Assembly (NCBI GenBank): GCA_944389225.1
Contig: CALXLP010000002.1
Span: forward strand, 30,658-94,657
Direction of reading: 5' to 3'
Length of the DNA stretch: 64,000 nucleotides
DNA from: an uncultured Clostridia bacterium
GTDB lineage: Bacteria; Bacillota; Clostridia; TANB77; CAG-508
A model generated the notes under the pieces. It was not told the origin of the DNA. It made no database searches and was given only the letters and a program-made list of their open reading frames with translations. Positions within the stretch are counted from its first letter, which is position 1. Each line of letters opens with the position of its first letter. Below, in pieces: positions 39,417 through 49,959 of the stretch. The position numbers and the translations under genes are program-made.

Positions 39417-41741
39417 TTAGATGATTTCTAAATTTGCATATTTGGCCATTAATCGTTTATGTCCTACTTTATCAAAGCTGATATCTACTTTTAAATCTTC
39501 TCCTTCAGGTTCTACCTTATTGATTGTACCTTCTCCAAATTTTTTGTGATATACTCTAACACCTGCTTCATATTTTGATAAATCTACCTGGTTATTTGAT
39601 GTTGATTTTTTTCCTAAATTATTTAAGAAGCTTTCTGCTGTTCTAAAAGCAAATCCAGAATTATTTAATTTATTTGACTTTGCTGCCACTCCAACAGATT
39701 CTTTTTCACCAATTTTATATGTTTTAATATTTCCATTATCTTTACTTCCATATGTCCATGTATAATTTGAATCTTTAAACATTTGGTTTTTATTATTATC
39801 TTCTTCTCCAAATGCTTCTTTATATCCTTCTAATAAGTCTTCTGGTATTTCTTTTAAAAATCTAGATACTGGATTATAACTTGTTGAGCCGAAAATCGTT
39901 CTTTGTTTACTACAAGTTAAATATAGATGTTCTTTTGCTCTTGTGATTCCTACATAACACAAACGTCTTTCTTCTTCCAGTTCTTTTGGTTCTGAAATAG
40001 ATTTATACCCAGGAAAAATTCCTTCTTCCATTCCTACAAGAAATACAACTGGAAACTCTAAGCCTTTCGCACTATGTAATGTCATTAGTGTTACAGAATC
40101 TTCATCCTCTTCTACATTATCAATATCAGAGGATAAAGTAATTCCTTCTAAAAATTGGCTTAATGAATTTTCTGCATATTCTTCTTCAAATTCGATTGCA
40201 ACTGTTAAAAATTCCTCTAAGTTTTCAATTCTGTTTTCTGCTTCTATGGTATTTTCCTCTTCTAATGCTTTGGTATATCCTGTTTTCTTTAATGTTGTTT
40301 TGATTAATTCTGATATGACTAGTTCATCTTTTTTGTCTTTTAATTCTTCTATTACATTCACAAATTCTCTAGAATTTAAATATACTCTATTTAATCCATA
40401 TTGATCAGCATGTTTAATCACTTCATACATAGAAGTTCCATTTTGCTCTGCCAATGCTTCTACTTTATCTAGACTTGTTTTTCCAATTCCTCTTTTTGGT
40501 TCATTAATAATTCTTTTTAAACTTAAGTTATCTGCACTATTTTGAATTAATCGTAAATAGGCGATAATATCTTTAATTTCTTTTCTTTCATAGAATTTCA
40601 AACCGCCAACGATTTTGTATGGTACATTTTCTCTTCTTAAAATATCCTCTATTGCTCTTGATTGGGTATTCATTCTATATAAAATGGCAAAATCAGAATA
40701 TTTATAATATTCTTCTCTTTTCAAATGCTCAATTTCTGTCACAATATAGGTTGCTTCATCATATTCATTATCTGCTTGATACACTTTTGGAAGATTACCT
40801 TCTTCATTTTGTGTCCATAATTCTTTTTTGTATTTGACTTCATTATTTTTGATAACACTATTAGCAGCCTTTAAGATATTTCCTGTACATCTATAATTTT
40901 GCTCTAGCTTGATAATCTTTGTTCCAGGAAAATCTCTTTCAAAATTTAAAATATTAGAAATATCTGCTCCTCTAAAACTATAGATTCCTTGGTCATTATC
41001 ACCTACAACTGTAATATTTCCATTTTTAGATGCTAATAATGTAACTAATGTAAATTGCGCCTTATTGGTATCTTGGTATTCATCTACTAATACATATTTA
41101 AATTTATTTGAATAATATTCTAAGACATCTGGATTTTCCATTAAAATTTTTATTGTATAATTAATAATATCATCAAAATCAATCGCATTATTTTCTTTTA
41201 ATCGTTTTTGATATAACTCATATACTGTTGCTATTTTTTCTTTTCGAAAATCAGAATTTGCTCTTGCTGTATATTGTTCAGGCTCTAGCATTTCATTTTT
41301 TGCATTACTAATTTCAGATAACACACTTCTATCATTAAATAATTTATCATCAATGGCTAAATCTTTCATACAGTTTTTCACCAATGTTCTTTGATCTGAT
41401 GTATCAAATATAATAAATGAAGAATCAAATCCAATTCTATCAATAAATCTTCTTAAAATTCTAACACAAATAGAGTGGAATGTTCCCATCCAAATATCTT
41501 TTGCATCATCACCTACCAAATTGGCAATTCTTTCTTTCATTTCATTTGCTGCTTTATTGGTAAAGGTAATCGCTAATATATCCCATGGTTTTGCACCTTT
41601 TTCTCCTATTAAATACGCAATTTTATGTGTTAATACTTTTGTTTTACCACTTCCTGCACCTGCAATAACTAAACATGGTCCTTCTGTATTGACAACTGCT
41701 TCATATTGTTTATCATTTAATCCTTTTAATATATCTTGCAT
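39417..41741 (-). CDS. pcrA: ATP-dependent DNA helicase PcrA (UvrD family)
   Basis: 774 aa. It has AGAGSGKTKVLTHKIAYL (Walker A), VDEYQDTN, and helicase motifs through LMTLHSAKGLEFP and VGITRAK. Confidence 0.92.
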   Translation of the reverse strand: MQDILKGLNDKQYEAVVNTEGPCLVIAGAGSGKTKVLTHKIAYLIGEKGAKPWDILAITFTNKAANEMKERIANLVGDDAKDIWMGTFHSICVRILRRFIDRIGFDSSFIIFDTSDQRTLVKNCMKDLAIDDKLFNDRSVLSEISNAKNEMLEPEQYTARANSDFRKEKIATVYELYQKRLKENNAIDFDDIINYTIKILMENPDVLEYYSNKFKYVLVDEYQDTNKAQFTLVTLLASKNGNITVVGDNDQGIYSFRGADISNILNFERDFPGTKIIKLEQNYRCTGNILKAANSVIKNNEVKYKKELWTQNEEGNLPKVYQADNEYDEATYIVTEIEHLKREEYYKYSDFAILYRMNTQSRAIEDILRRENVPYKIVGGLKFYERKEIKDIIAYLRLIQNSADNLSLKRIINEPKRGIGKTSLDKVEALAEQNGTSMYEVIKHADQYGLNRVYLNSREFVNVIEELKDKKDELVISELIKTTLKKTGYTKALEEENTIEAENRIENLEEFLTVAIEFEEEYAENSLSQFLEGITLSSDIDNVEEDEDSVTLMTLHSAKGLEFPVVFLVGMEEGIFPGYKSISEPKELEEERRLCYVGITRAKEHLYLTCSKQRTIFGSTSYNPVSRFLKEIPEDLLEGYKEAFGEEDNNKNQMFKDSNYTWTYGSKDNGNIKTYKIGEKESVGVAAKSNKLNNSGFAFRTAESFLNNLGKKSTSNNQVDLSKYEAGVRVYHKKFGEGTINKVEPEGEDLKVDISFDKVGHKRLMAKYANLEII

Positions 41742-41895
41742 CTATTTTTACTCCTTTATTTCAAATATCTGTTTGCGTTTTTTATTCTACTATATTTCAT
41801 TTAAAAAAGCAAGCACATTTTTTCTTTTCATAATACATTTTTTATATAATACTTTTTTGCTAAATATGAGAAAATAATGATTCTATCCAATTAAA

Positions 41896-41920
41896 AAGGT
41901 ATGTTTTATTTACATACCTT
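41896..41920 (-). terminator. Rho-independent terminator after 41946..42626
   Basis: A 9-bp stem, aaggtatgt / acatacctt, is followed by a U run on the minus strand. Confidence 0.6.
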
Positions 41921-41945
41921 CTCCAAAACATATTTTATTATTAGC

Positions 41946-42626
41946 TCAATCATCTTTTTCTAGAAGACCACATTCCATACATCTTCCTGTATATAAAGAA
42001 CAAGGATAACATATTATAGGAACATTTTCATCCGAATGAGTAACATCAGTAGAATATCCACACAATTGACACGTCCAAGGAATTTCTCTATTAAATTCTC
42101 CTTTATAATGCATTCCTGTGCAATAATTATCACCAAATATTTTGTTTGCTTTCATTTCTAAATAGGTAGACTTATTCCACACATTTGGAAAAACAATTAA
42201 ACCAGCGACAACTATTCCGATAATAATGATTGTTTTAATTTTACTATAATTATTTTTTAATAACTTTATACATAGTAATAAAGAAAGTATTCTATGACAA
42301 AAATATGTTGTTTCAAATAGTAAAAGAGATAAAATACCATCTAAAGTAATGATACTATCTGTATCTCTACTGGCTGAATAGCCATTCCAAATTCCTGCTA
42401 ATATGTTCACAATACTAATACAGACAGCAGTCTTTAATAGTTTTTGTTGTTTATTTGAATATTTTTTATATTGAATAAAATACAGTATATAACCAATAAT
42501 CATTGGTACATACAATAATACAAGTTGCATAATATCTGAATTCATTACTATTATTATTAAATTTAAAGGTATTATTGTACATATTGCTGCAATAATTATT
42601 ATATATTTATTTAATTTTATATCCAT
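41946..42626 (-). CDS. Hypothetical membrane protein with a Cys-rich (zinc-ribbon-like) C terminus
   Basis: 226 aa with about 5 TM helices. The C terminus contains three CxxC pairs (CQLCGY..., CYPCSLY..., CMECG). Confidence 0.5.
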   Translation of the reverse strand: MDIKLNKYIIIIAAICTIIPLNLIIIVMNSDIMQLVLLYVPMIIGYILYFIQYKKYSNKQQKLLKTAVCISIVNILAGIWNGYSASRDTDSIITLDGILSLLLFETTYFCHRILSLLLCIKLLKNNYSKIKTIIIIGIVVAGLIVFPNVWNKSTYLEMKANKIFGDNYCTGMHYKGEFNREIPWTCQLCGYSTDVTHSDENVPIICYPCSLYTGRCMECGLLEKDD

Positions 42627-42772
42627 TTTAAATTTTTCCCCTTTTTCTTACTTTTCTATTTCCTTCTTTTTGAACTGTTCGAATTTTTCAAATAGTCTGA
42701 TTTTCTTCTAATTCCTTATTTTCAAAATTTAGCTACTCTAAATATATTTTAATATTTTTTCTAATAATTCTT

Positions 42773-43804
42773 TTATACATTAATCTTTTTCATAATCTCT
42801 TTTACAATTTTAGAATTTTGTCCTAAAATTACAGAATAAATCAGATAATCTTCCCATAATACAATTTCATTATATTGACTTTTACTTAATTGTGAAAAAT
42901 CTTTCATATAATTTCTTAAACCTTCCAATTTTTTATTTATATTTCTAGCCTGTTTATTACGTATATATGGATTTTGTTTATTCATTCTATAATATGACTT
43001 TATATAAACAATTGTCGAAAAAGGCAAAATAATCATAATAAAAAATAATATAAACATTACTGGTAAGAGTAAAATAGCAATATTTTTATTTGGTATATTA
43101 TTATAAAAAGTTGGAAAATTGAAAAATCCTACAACAATTAATATATATATACATACAGTAAAAATAACTTTTTTTATTATTTTTTTCTTTATATCTTTAT
43201 TTTCTTCTAATAAATTGTAATCTAAGCAATCTTTTTTTACCTTTTCTTCAAATTCTAACATATTTATATTTTTTAATGTATTGCTTTTCAATTTTTTAAA
43301 TATATATTTTTCATTTTCATCTAAGTTTTCTTCACTATCATTTATTATTTTTATATCATCTTTAATTGTCAATTTTTGTTTTAACTCTAATGACATTAAT
43401 GTAGCAACTATATCTTTTTCCTCTAATTTAAAATCATCTATGTAGCTTAAAACTGCTGGAGAATATTTAGATATGATATCTCTATAATAACTATTGTTTT
43501 TAAAATCTATTTTATCTAGTTTTTCCTTGTTATATTTTCTATAAGCAACTCTTATTCCAATATATAAAATTGTTAAATAAAAGCTTTTAAATAATGATAC
43601 TATTATATAAAATGAAAACACAAAAACCATAAAAAAGCATATACTTGCATACTCTTTAATTCCCAAAGACTCTACCGTATTAATAGCATCCAAATTTATG
43701 TCTCCGATTTCTATACCATGTATCATATCCATTATAGTTCTAATTATTATAAATAGCCAAAAAATGAGGTCAATTCCTCTTATCATCTTTTTTTTCGTTA
43801 ACAT
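42773..43804 (-). CDS. DUF2207-like membrane protein
   Basis: 343 aa. It has TM helices at both ends and a C-terminal LWEDYLIYSVILG motif that I associate with DUF2207. Confidence 0.5.
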   Translation of the reverse strand: MLTKKKMIRGIDLIFWLFIIIRTIMDMIHGIEIGDINLDAINTVESLGIKEYASICFFMVFVFSFYIIVSLFKSFYLTILYIGIRVAYRKYNKEKLDKIDFKNNSYYRDIISKYSPAVLSYIDDFKLEEKDIVATLMSLELKQKLTIKDDIKIINDSEENLDENEKYIFKKLKSNTLKNINMLEFEEKVKKDCLDYNLLEENKDIKKKIIKKVIFTVCIYILIVVGFFNFPTFYNNIPNKNIAILLLPVMFILFFIMIILPFSTIVYIKSYYRMNKQNPYIRNKQARNINKKLEGLRNYMKDFSQLSKSQYNEIVLWEDYLIYSVILGQNSKIVKEIMKKINV

Positions 43805-43953
43805 TTTATTCTCACCAATTTTAATATATCATAAAACTTTTTATTTGAATAGATTTATTTTTAAATATATCAACTTTTAAAATTTATCATTGTTTAACTG
43901 ATTCAAAATCATGATAAATGAATTTATACTATGATTTTTCTTGTCTTTAGACT

Positions 43954-44698
43954 CTATAACATCATAGCAAACAATCCCAATAAAAATCCAATTATATTTC
44001 CTATTGCCGTCATTCGACCATGATATAAACTATTTGCTTCTGGAATTAATTCTCCGAGAGATGATATATAACATGGCACCTGCTGCAAAACTTAAGCAAA
44101 TGGCAATTACCTCTTCTGATATTCCTCCAATAATGGCTCCCACAAAAGCTCCTATTCCCGTAGTAATTCCAGACATTACTACTAAAAATATAACCTTACT
44201 TTTTTTCATACCTCCATTTTTCATAGGAATAGCCATAGATATTCCCTCTGGTATATCATGTAAACAAATAGCAATTGCCAAGCTTAAACCTAATTTAATA
44301 GATGCACCAAAGCCTGATCCAATGGCTAATCCTTCTGGAAAGTTGTGAATGGCTAATCCAATTGATACAATAATTCCTGTTTTTAGCAATGTATTACTTT
44401 TGGTTTCAGTTGTTTCTTCTATCGTGAACTTTTTTTCAACTAATTTATCACAGAAAATCATCATAGCAATTCCTAATAAGATTCCTATAATAGTACTTAT
44501 CAAATTGCTAATTCCTAATGCTTCTGGTATTAAGTCAAAACAGATAATGGCCATCATCAGTCCTGAGGCAAATGCTAATACAAAACTTAAAAATTTTTTA
44601 GAATGTTTTTTAGTAACTACTCCTATGATTCCACCAATTGTGGTTCCAAATGTTCCAAAAAATAATCCTATTAAAGTTGTTTTTATAATTTCTTGCAT
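43954..44698 (-). CDS. ZIP-family divalent metal transporter, interrupted by one extra nucleotide (+1 shift needed at CGG, complement 44054-44056)
   Basis: The zero frame ends ...AAGAMLYIIS RRINSRSK and a stop. The +1 frame gives ...LYIIS GELIPEANSLYHGRMTAIGNIIGFLLGLFAMML and a stop. This restores the conserved E-x-IPE motif and the last TM helix (247 aa in total). Confidence 0.8.
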
Positions 44699-44942
44699 GA
44701 AAAAACTCCTTAAAATATACTTTATTCTAGTTTATTTTAAAGAGTTTTATTTTATTACATCCTTTTGATGTTATTAATCTAAAAAACCGTAAATATCCTT
44801 GTACATTGAAATTACATAAAAAATATGCTATAATATAAATAGTTTTTGGAATTTTATAAAACATATATTGAAGAAATATAGTAGATAATAAAAATTTACT
44901 GAAGTTTTAATAATATTATTTTAAAGTAATATTTGAAAGGAG

Positions 44943-45605
44943 ATGAGTGTCATGTCCTTCACTACGTTAGACAAAGCCATTGATATGGAGCAACAAGGAA
45001 TTGCTGAAAGAGCTTCAAATGCTTTTACTACAGTTAAAGAAGATAGACTAGATAAAAAAGTTGCTTTTAAATCTGCTAAAACCACAGTTTTAGAAAAGAA
45101 AGTAGCTAGAGATAAAGCAAAAGAAGCATTACAGAATTTACATTTTCCTCATATTATAAAAATCATGAAAGCTAGAAAAAAATTTAAATTAGCAAAAAAG
45201 GATTTGGAGATTGCTAAGAGAAAAGAAACTCAAGCAAAGTTAGAATATAAGCAATCAAGACGTAAATATAAAAATGTAAGAAAAATAATAAGAAATCAAT
45301 ATAAAAATGTTAAATCTTATGATAAATTTGATAAAATAATACAAAAAATGAAATCAAAAGGGTTGGACCTTAGTAAAAATGAATATATTATGAATCAATT
45401 TCGTCAAGCAGTAAAAAATAGTGAGGGAAAAAAATTGGTTTTCGATGAAAATGCAATTATGCATTCTGGCATACCAGGTGTTCCACCAGAAGTATTTAAA
45501 GATATAAAAAATATTTGGCATGAACATAAATCCCATCAAGAACATTCTCAAAATAGAGATTCAAAAACATTAGATGACAGAACTGAACCAGATTTTACAA
45601 AATAA
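44943..45605 (+). CDS. Hypothetical Lys-rich protein
   Basis: 220-aa ORF with an RBS (aaaggag). It is highly basic and predicted helical. No family recognised. Confidence 0.5.
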   Translation: MSVMSFTTLDKAIDMEQQGIAERASNAFTTVKEDRLDKKVAFKSAKTTVLEKKVARDKAKEALQNLHFPHIIKIMKARKKFKLAKKDLEIAKRKETQAKLEYKQSRRKYKNVRKIIRNQYKNVKSYDKFDKIIQKMKSKGLDLSKNEYIMNQFRQAVKNSEGKKLVFDENAIMHSGIPGVPPEVFKDIKNIWHEHKSHQEHSQNRDSKTLDDRTEPDFTK

Positions 45606-45633
45606 ATAATTAAGTTTTAATATATTGATAAAA

Positions 45634-45660
45634 AACAGGACCCACATTGTGGATCCTGTT
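45634..45660. terminator. Bidirectional terminator hairpin between 44943..45605 (+) and prfA (-)
   Basis: The palindrome aacaggacccaca t tgtggatcctgtt has one mismatch and is flanked by A and T runs. Confidence 0.7.
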
Positions 45661-45710
45661 TAAATTTGAGTATTACTTTTTTGTATCATTACATGATATA
45701 GTAATATACT

Positions 45711-46772
45711 TTATTCCTCTTCACCTTTTAATTTTTCTGCTCTATCTGCTGCAATTAAATTATCAATCATTTCATCTAAGTCTCCATTTAAGAAATTTTC
45801 CATTTGATAAATACTCATTCCAATTCTATGATCTGTAATTCTTCCTTGAGGATAATTATATGTTCTTATTTTTTCACTTCTATCTCCTGAACCTACTTGT
45901 GATTTTCTAGCATTTGATATTTCACTATCTTGTTTTTGTTTTTCGATTTCATATAATTTTGTTCTAAGCATTCTCATAGCATTATCTCTATTTTGAAATT
46001 GAGAACGTTCTGTTTGACATTCTACTACAATTCCTGTTGGTTCATGGATTAATCTTACGGCTGATGATGTTTTATTAATATGTTGTCCTCCTGCACCTGA
46101 TGAACGAAATACTTCCATTTTTATATCTGCTGGGTTAATTTCAATTTCTACATCTTCTACAACAGGTAAAACGGCAACTGTTGCTGTTGATGTATGAATT
46201 CTTCCACTACTTTCTGTATCTGGAACTCTTTGTACTCTATGAACACCACTTTCGAATTTCAATCTACTATATACACCTTTTCCAGTAATCATGAAAGATA
46301 TTTCTTTATATCCACCTAGCCCTGTTTCATTTTCATTAAGAACTTCTACTTTCCAATGTTTTCTTTCTGCATACATGGTATACATTCTAAATAATGTTCC
46401 AGCAAATAATGCAGCTTCTTCTCCTCCTGCTCCAGCACGAATTTCACAAATAATATTTTTATCATCATCTGGATCTTTTGGAATTAATAAAACTTTTAAT
46501 TCTTCTTCTATTTTAGGTAATTTCTCCTTTGAAGCATAATATTCTTCTTCTGCAAGCTCTTTCATTTCTGGATCTTTCATTAATTCTTCTGCTTCTTCCA
46601 TGGCTTGTTTTTCTTTTTTATATTCTCTAAATTTTAGTACTATTTCTTCTATGCTGGCATGTTCTTTCATTAATTTTTGCCATTCTGTATGATTAGATAT
46701 TACTTCTGGGTCACTAATCATTTTGGTTAATTCATCATATCTCTTTTCTACAGTTTCTAATTTTTCAAACAT
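45711..46772 (-). CDS. prfA: Peptide chain release factor 1
   Basis: 353 aa. It has the GGQ motif ([11 protein letters not shown]) and a typical RF1 N terminus, [15 protein letters not shown]. It is a continuous ORF with no RF2-type frameshift. Confidence 0.92.
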   Translation of the reverse strand: MFEKLETVEKRYDELTKMISDPEVISNHTEWQKLMKEHASIEEIVLKFREYKKEKQAMEEAEELMKDPEMKELAEEEYYASKEKLPKIEEELKVLLIPKDPDDDKNIICEIRAGAGGEEAALFAGTLFRMYTMYAERKHWKVEVLNENETGLGGYKEISFMITGKGVYSRLKFESGVHRVQRVPDTESSGRIHTSTATVAVLPVVEDVEIEINPADIKMEVFRSSGAGGQHINKTSSAVRLIHEPTGIVVECQTERSQFQNRDNAMRMLRTKLYEIEKQKQDSEISNARKSQVGSGDRSEKIRTYNYPQGRITDHRIGMSIYQMENFLNGDLDEMIDNLIAADRAEKLKGEEE

Positions 46773-46881
46773 AAATCTTCTCCTTCTTTCCTAAGCTTGA
46801 AATATTATACTATATTTTTTTAGTTTTTACAAGGTATTTGGGATATTCTCCCATGGAATCTAAAAAACTTTTAAAGACCTA

Positions 46882-47979
46882 TTATATAAATAGGTCTTCA
46901 CTGTTATTGATTCCAAATAAGAATTTTAATTCCTCATCCGTATTTCTTTCATTGATTAATTTTTTGTTTTCATCATTATTTTCATTTGTCTCATTATCTT
47001 GTAAATCATTCGCTAATCCTTCTTGGGTATTTACAATTCCACTAATGTTCATATTATCTTCCTTTTGTACAGGATTATTTATAGTTGTTTTTCCTTTTCT
47101 CAAAGTATCTACATATTCTAATAAATTATCTATATATTTAATAACTTCATCAGAATATTTATAAGATAAAATATTTTCATTTTTTATAATAACTGCATTT
47201 AGTGCAATATTGATAATTGTTGCTAATAATAAAACAATATTAAATCTTCCAATTACCATAAATAGCATAATTGATGTAATAATATTTAATATTCCAGCAA
47301 TAGAAATAAAATTCAAATTACTTGATTGTCCCATCATATTTTTCTTTTCAATTTCATATAAAAGCATTTTTTCCATTGCTAGCTTGCACATTTCTCCTCT
47401 TTGCAAATAATAATTTTCTCTTTGATTTCTTTTAAATTCATTTAAATCTATCTCATCATGGAATGCAAATAGGATTTTTCCTATAAACATACTTTCATAT
47501 GAAGGTATTTTATCAGTTGAATATTCTTTTATCTTATTACTATCAATTCTTTCTAATGCATCTATTTGCTTAAATTGGCTCCTATCTTTCAATTTTAATA
47601 TATTTTTTTCTTTATCTATTTCTACATATCCTTTTTCTATAAGGTAATATATTTCTGCATTTAATAATTCATTATCTAGTACAAATTCATTTTTTATAAG
47701 AAATCTTGTTAAAATTGGGTCATATTTATTTTCAAAAACTTCTTTTGGATTTGATATTGTCTCTTCATTTTCTTTTTTTATAATATATATCACTGTTCCA
47801 ATATAAACAACAGACATAATATATAAAATAATCGTTTTTAAAATTTCTACATTTGCAAATAAAACAACGACTACAGTCATTAAAACATTTATTAAAATAA
47901 GTATCATAAAAATCTTAAATATTTCTTTTTTATCATTTCCTCTTACTTTAATATCTAAATTTTTTATATTAAAATTCAT
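46882..47979 (-). CDS. Hypothetical membrane protein (DUF2207-like architecture), last gene of the nuclease/ATPase operon
   Basis: 365 aa. It has N-terminal and central TM helices and the segment YDPILTRFLIKNEFVLDNELLNAEIYYLIEKGYVEI, which resembles the one in 42773..43804. The tail is acidic and N-rich. Confidence 0.45.
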   Translation of the reverse strand: MNFNIKNLDIKVRGNDKKEIFKIFMILILINVLMTVVVVLFANVEILKTIILYIMSVVYIGTVIYIIKKENEETISNPKEVFENKYDPILTRFLIKNEFVLDNELLNAEIYYLIEKGYVEIDKEKNILKLKDRSQFKQIDALERIDSNKIKEYSTDKIPSYESMFIGKILFAFHDEIDLNEFKRNQRENYYLQRGEMCKLAMEKMLLYEIEKKNMMGQSSNLNFISIAGILNIITSIMLFMVIGRFNIVLLLATIINIALNAVIIKNENILSYKYSDEVIKYIDNLLEYVDTLRKGKTTINNPVQKEDNMNISGIVNTQEGLANDLQDNETNENNDENKKLINERNTDEELKFLFGINNSEDLFI

Positions 47980-48002
47980 TAAATTCTCCCCCTCTATCTT
48001 TA

Positions 48003-49949
48003 TTATAAATTTATTAAATGATAAGAAAGTTTACATTCATCAAATATATTTTTTTCTCTTTCTGTACAGGTAAATATAATAATTTGCCTATCCTGATATG
48101 TATTTGCTAAATATTTTAATATATTTTTTAATCTTTGTGTATCATAATATGCAAAAGCTTCATCTAAAATAATTGGCATTTTTTCTTTTGATAAATCTTC
48201 TATCATAGAAAGTCTTAAAGATAAATATAATTGATCAATGGTTCCTACACTTAATCGATTGGCTTCAACATAATTTCCATTTTCTAATTCTACAACTAAT
48301 CCATTATCATCTTGTACCATAACATTTGTATATTTACCATTTGTTATTTCATTTATATTTTTAGAAAGATTCTCTGTAAACTTAGGGGTAACTGTATTTT
48401 TCATTTTTTCATACGCTTTTCCTAATAATTCTTTTGCTAAGTTCATACTTTTTTCTAATTTTTTTAGGTTTACTATTTTTTCATTATTGTTAACTAATTT
48501 TTCTTCTATTTTCATCAAATTATCTATTTGAGGTTCAACATTTTCTTTATCAAAATCTAATTCATGTAATTTTATTTTTGCTATATTAAATTCTTTTTGT
48601 TTTTTTTCTATTTCTTCATTTATATTATTTAGATGATTTATTTTTATAATTTCATTATTTTTTATTTTATTTAAATAATTATTTTTTATTTTTTCTATTT
48701 CTAAATTTATTTTTGAATTTACATTATTTTTTAATTCATTTATTTCATTTTGCAATTCGTTATTATTTTTTTCTATAATTTTATTTTCATTTAAATAATT
48801 ATTTTTTTCATTATTTATTTTTTCTTCTTCCTCTTTATTTTCTTTTTCTAATATTTTTATTTTATTTTTTTTATTTTTTAAATAAATAATAGAAAAAATT
48901 AAAAACGTTGGGAGAGTAAGAAGAAAGATATATTTAAAAATCGTATTTTTTATAAAAATAAATTGAATTATATTAATTAAACATAATAAAATAAATAATA
49001 TAATAAATTTATTTTTTAATTTATTCTTATTTTTTATTAATTTATTTATTTTTTGATTATTTTTTTCAATTATTTTTTTATTTCCATTTTCAATGTCTGA
49101 AATTTCTTTTTTATTTAAATTTATTTTTTTATCATTTTCATTTTTTATATTTTCTTTTATTTTTATTTTTTCATTTTCTATTTTTTCTTCTTCTAATATT
49201 TTTTTTATTTTATTTAAATATTCCATTTCTATTTCTAAATTTGAAAATTTTTCCAATAGATTTTTTTTATTTTCTTCAATTTCGTATTTTTTATTTTTAT
49301 ATTTTTCAAGTTCATTTTTTTCTTCTTCTAAATTTTCATTTTCTCTTAATAATTTGTTTAATGGCTTTTCCCTAGACTTTTGGGTTCCTATTTCTTCTAA
49401 TTGTCTTCTATTGATTCTATCAATGGCACGTTTATACGAAACATTATCTTCTCCTGTTCCTACTAAATTTGCAATTTTTTGTATCAATATCGTTTGTTCA
49501 CTTTTTTCCAACTTTACTTGCTCTTGATTTACCACAATGGTTGATAAAAATAAAGTTTCATCCATCTTTGTTTGCTCATAAAAAAATTCATTTCCTTTTG
49601 ATTTATCAATATTAAATTGTTTTGAAATATCTTCTTTTTTATCATTAAATATTTGTGGATTTTTCTTTTTAAAATCTCTAAACACCTCAAATGTTTCTTG
49701 ATTATCTAATGTATATTCTATTTTCCCTGAAAATTCTTCCGTGTCCCATGGTTTATATTTTTCAAAATCAGAATATGCTTTTCCATTTTTATTTTTAGAA
49801 ATACCATATAACATATTAATCATAAAATTTAATATGGTTGACTTTCCAGCTTCATTTTCACCATGAATCACATTAATATGATTATCTAATGTGATTTCCT
49901 TATCCTTTAGTTTTCCATAAGCATTTATCTTTAATTTATCTAATCTCAC
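48003..49949 (-). CDS. SMC/SbcC-like AAA ATPase (YhaN-like) with a long K/N/E coiled coil interrupted by two TM helices
   Basis: 648 aa with a GTG start. It has a Walker A (GENEAGKSTILNF), a C-terminal signature LSVGTIDQLYLSLRL, a Walker B PIILDEAF, and a central hydrophobic stretch FIILFILLCLINIIQFIFI...FLLTLPTFLIFSIIYL. Confidence 0.75.
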   Translation of the reverse strand: MRLDKLKINAYGKLKDKEITLDNHINVIHGENEAGKSTILNFMINMLYGISKNKNGKAYSDFEKYKPWDTEEFSGKIEYTLDNQETFEVFRDFKKKNPQIFNDKKEDISKQFNIDKSKGNEFFYEQTKMDETLFLSTIVVNQEQVKLEKSEQTILIQKIANLVGTGEDNVSYKRAIDRINRRQLEEIGTQKSREKPLNKLLRENENLEEEKNELEKYKNKKYEIEENKKNLLEKFSNLEIEMEYLNKIKKILEEEKIENEKIKIKENIKNENDKKINLNKKEISDIENGNKKIIEKNNQKINKLIKNKNKLKNKFIILFILLCLINIIQFIFIKNTIFKYIFLLTLPTFLIFSIIYLKNKKNKIKILEKENKEEEEKINNEKNNYLNENKIIEKNNNELQNEINELKNNVNSKINLEIEKIKNNYLNKIKNNEIIKINHLNNINEEIEKKQKEFNIAKIKLHELDFDKENVEPQIDNLMKIEEKLVNNNEKIVNLKKLEKSMNLAKELLGKAYEKMKNTVTPKFTENLSKNINEITNGKYTNVMVQDDNGLVVELENGNYVEANRLSVGTIDQLYLSLRLSMIEDLSKEKMPIILDEAFAYYDTQRLKNILKYLANTYQDRQIIIFTCTEREKNIFDECKLSYHLINL

Positions 49950-49959
49950 CTTTTCACCT

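Noticed and set aside
45711-46772. A possible RF2-style programmed frameshift in the release factor gene.
   Set aside because: The gene is RF1 (prfA) and is a single uninterrupted ORF. No CUU UGA site is present.
48600-49350. Highly repetitive A/T-rich DNA (aaaataat..., tttttatt...) and the antisense ORF 49093..49527.
   Set aside because: It is explained by the K/N/E/I-rich coiled coil of the YhaN-like ATPase, which reads through in frame. It is not a separate repeat element or gene.
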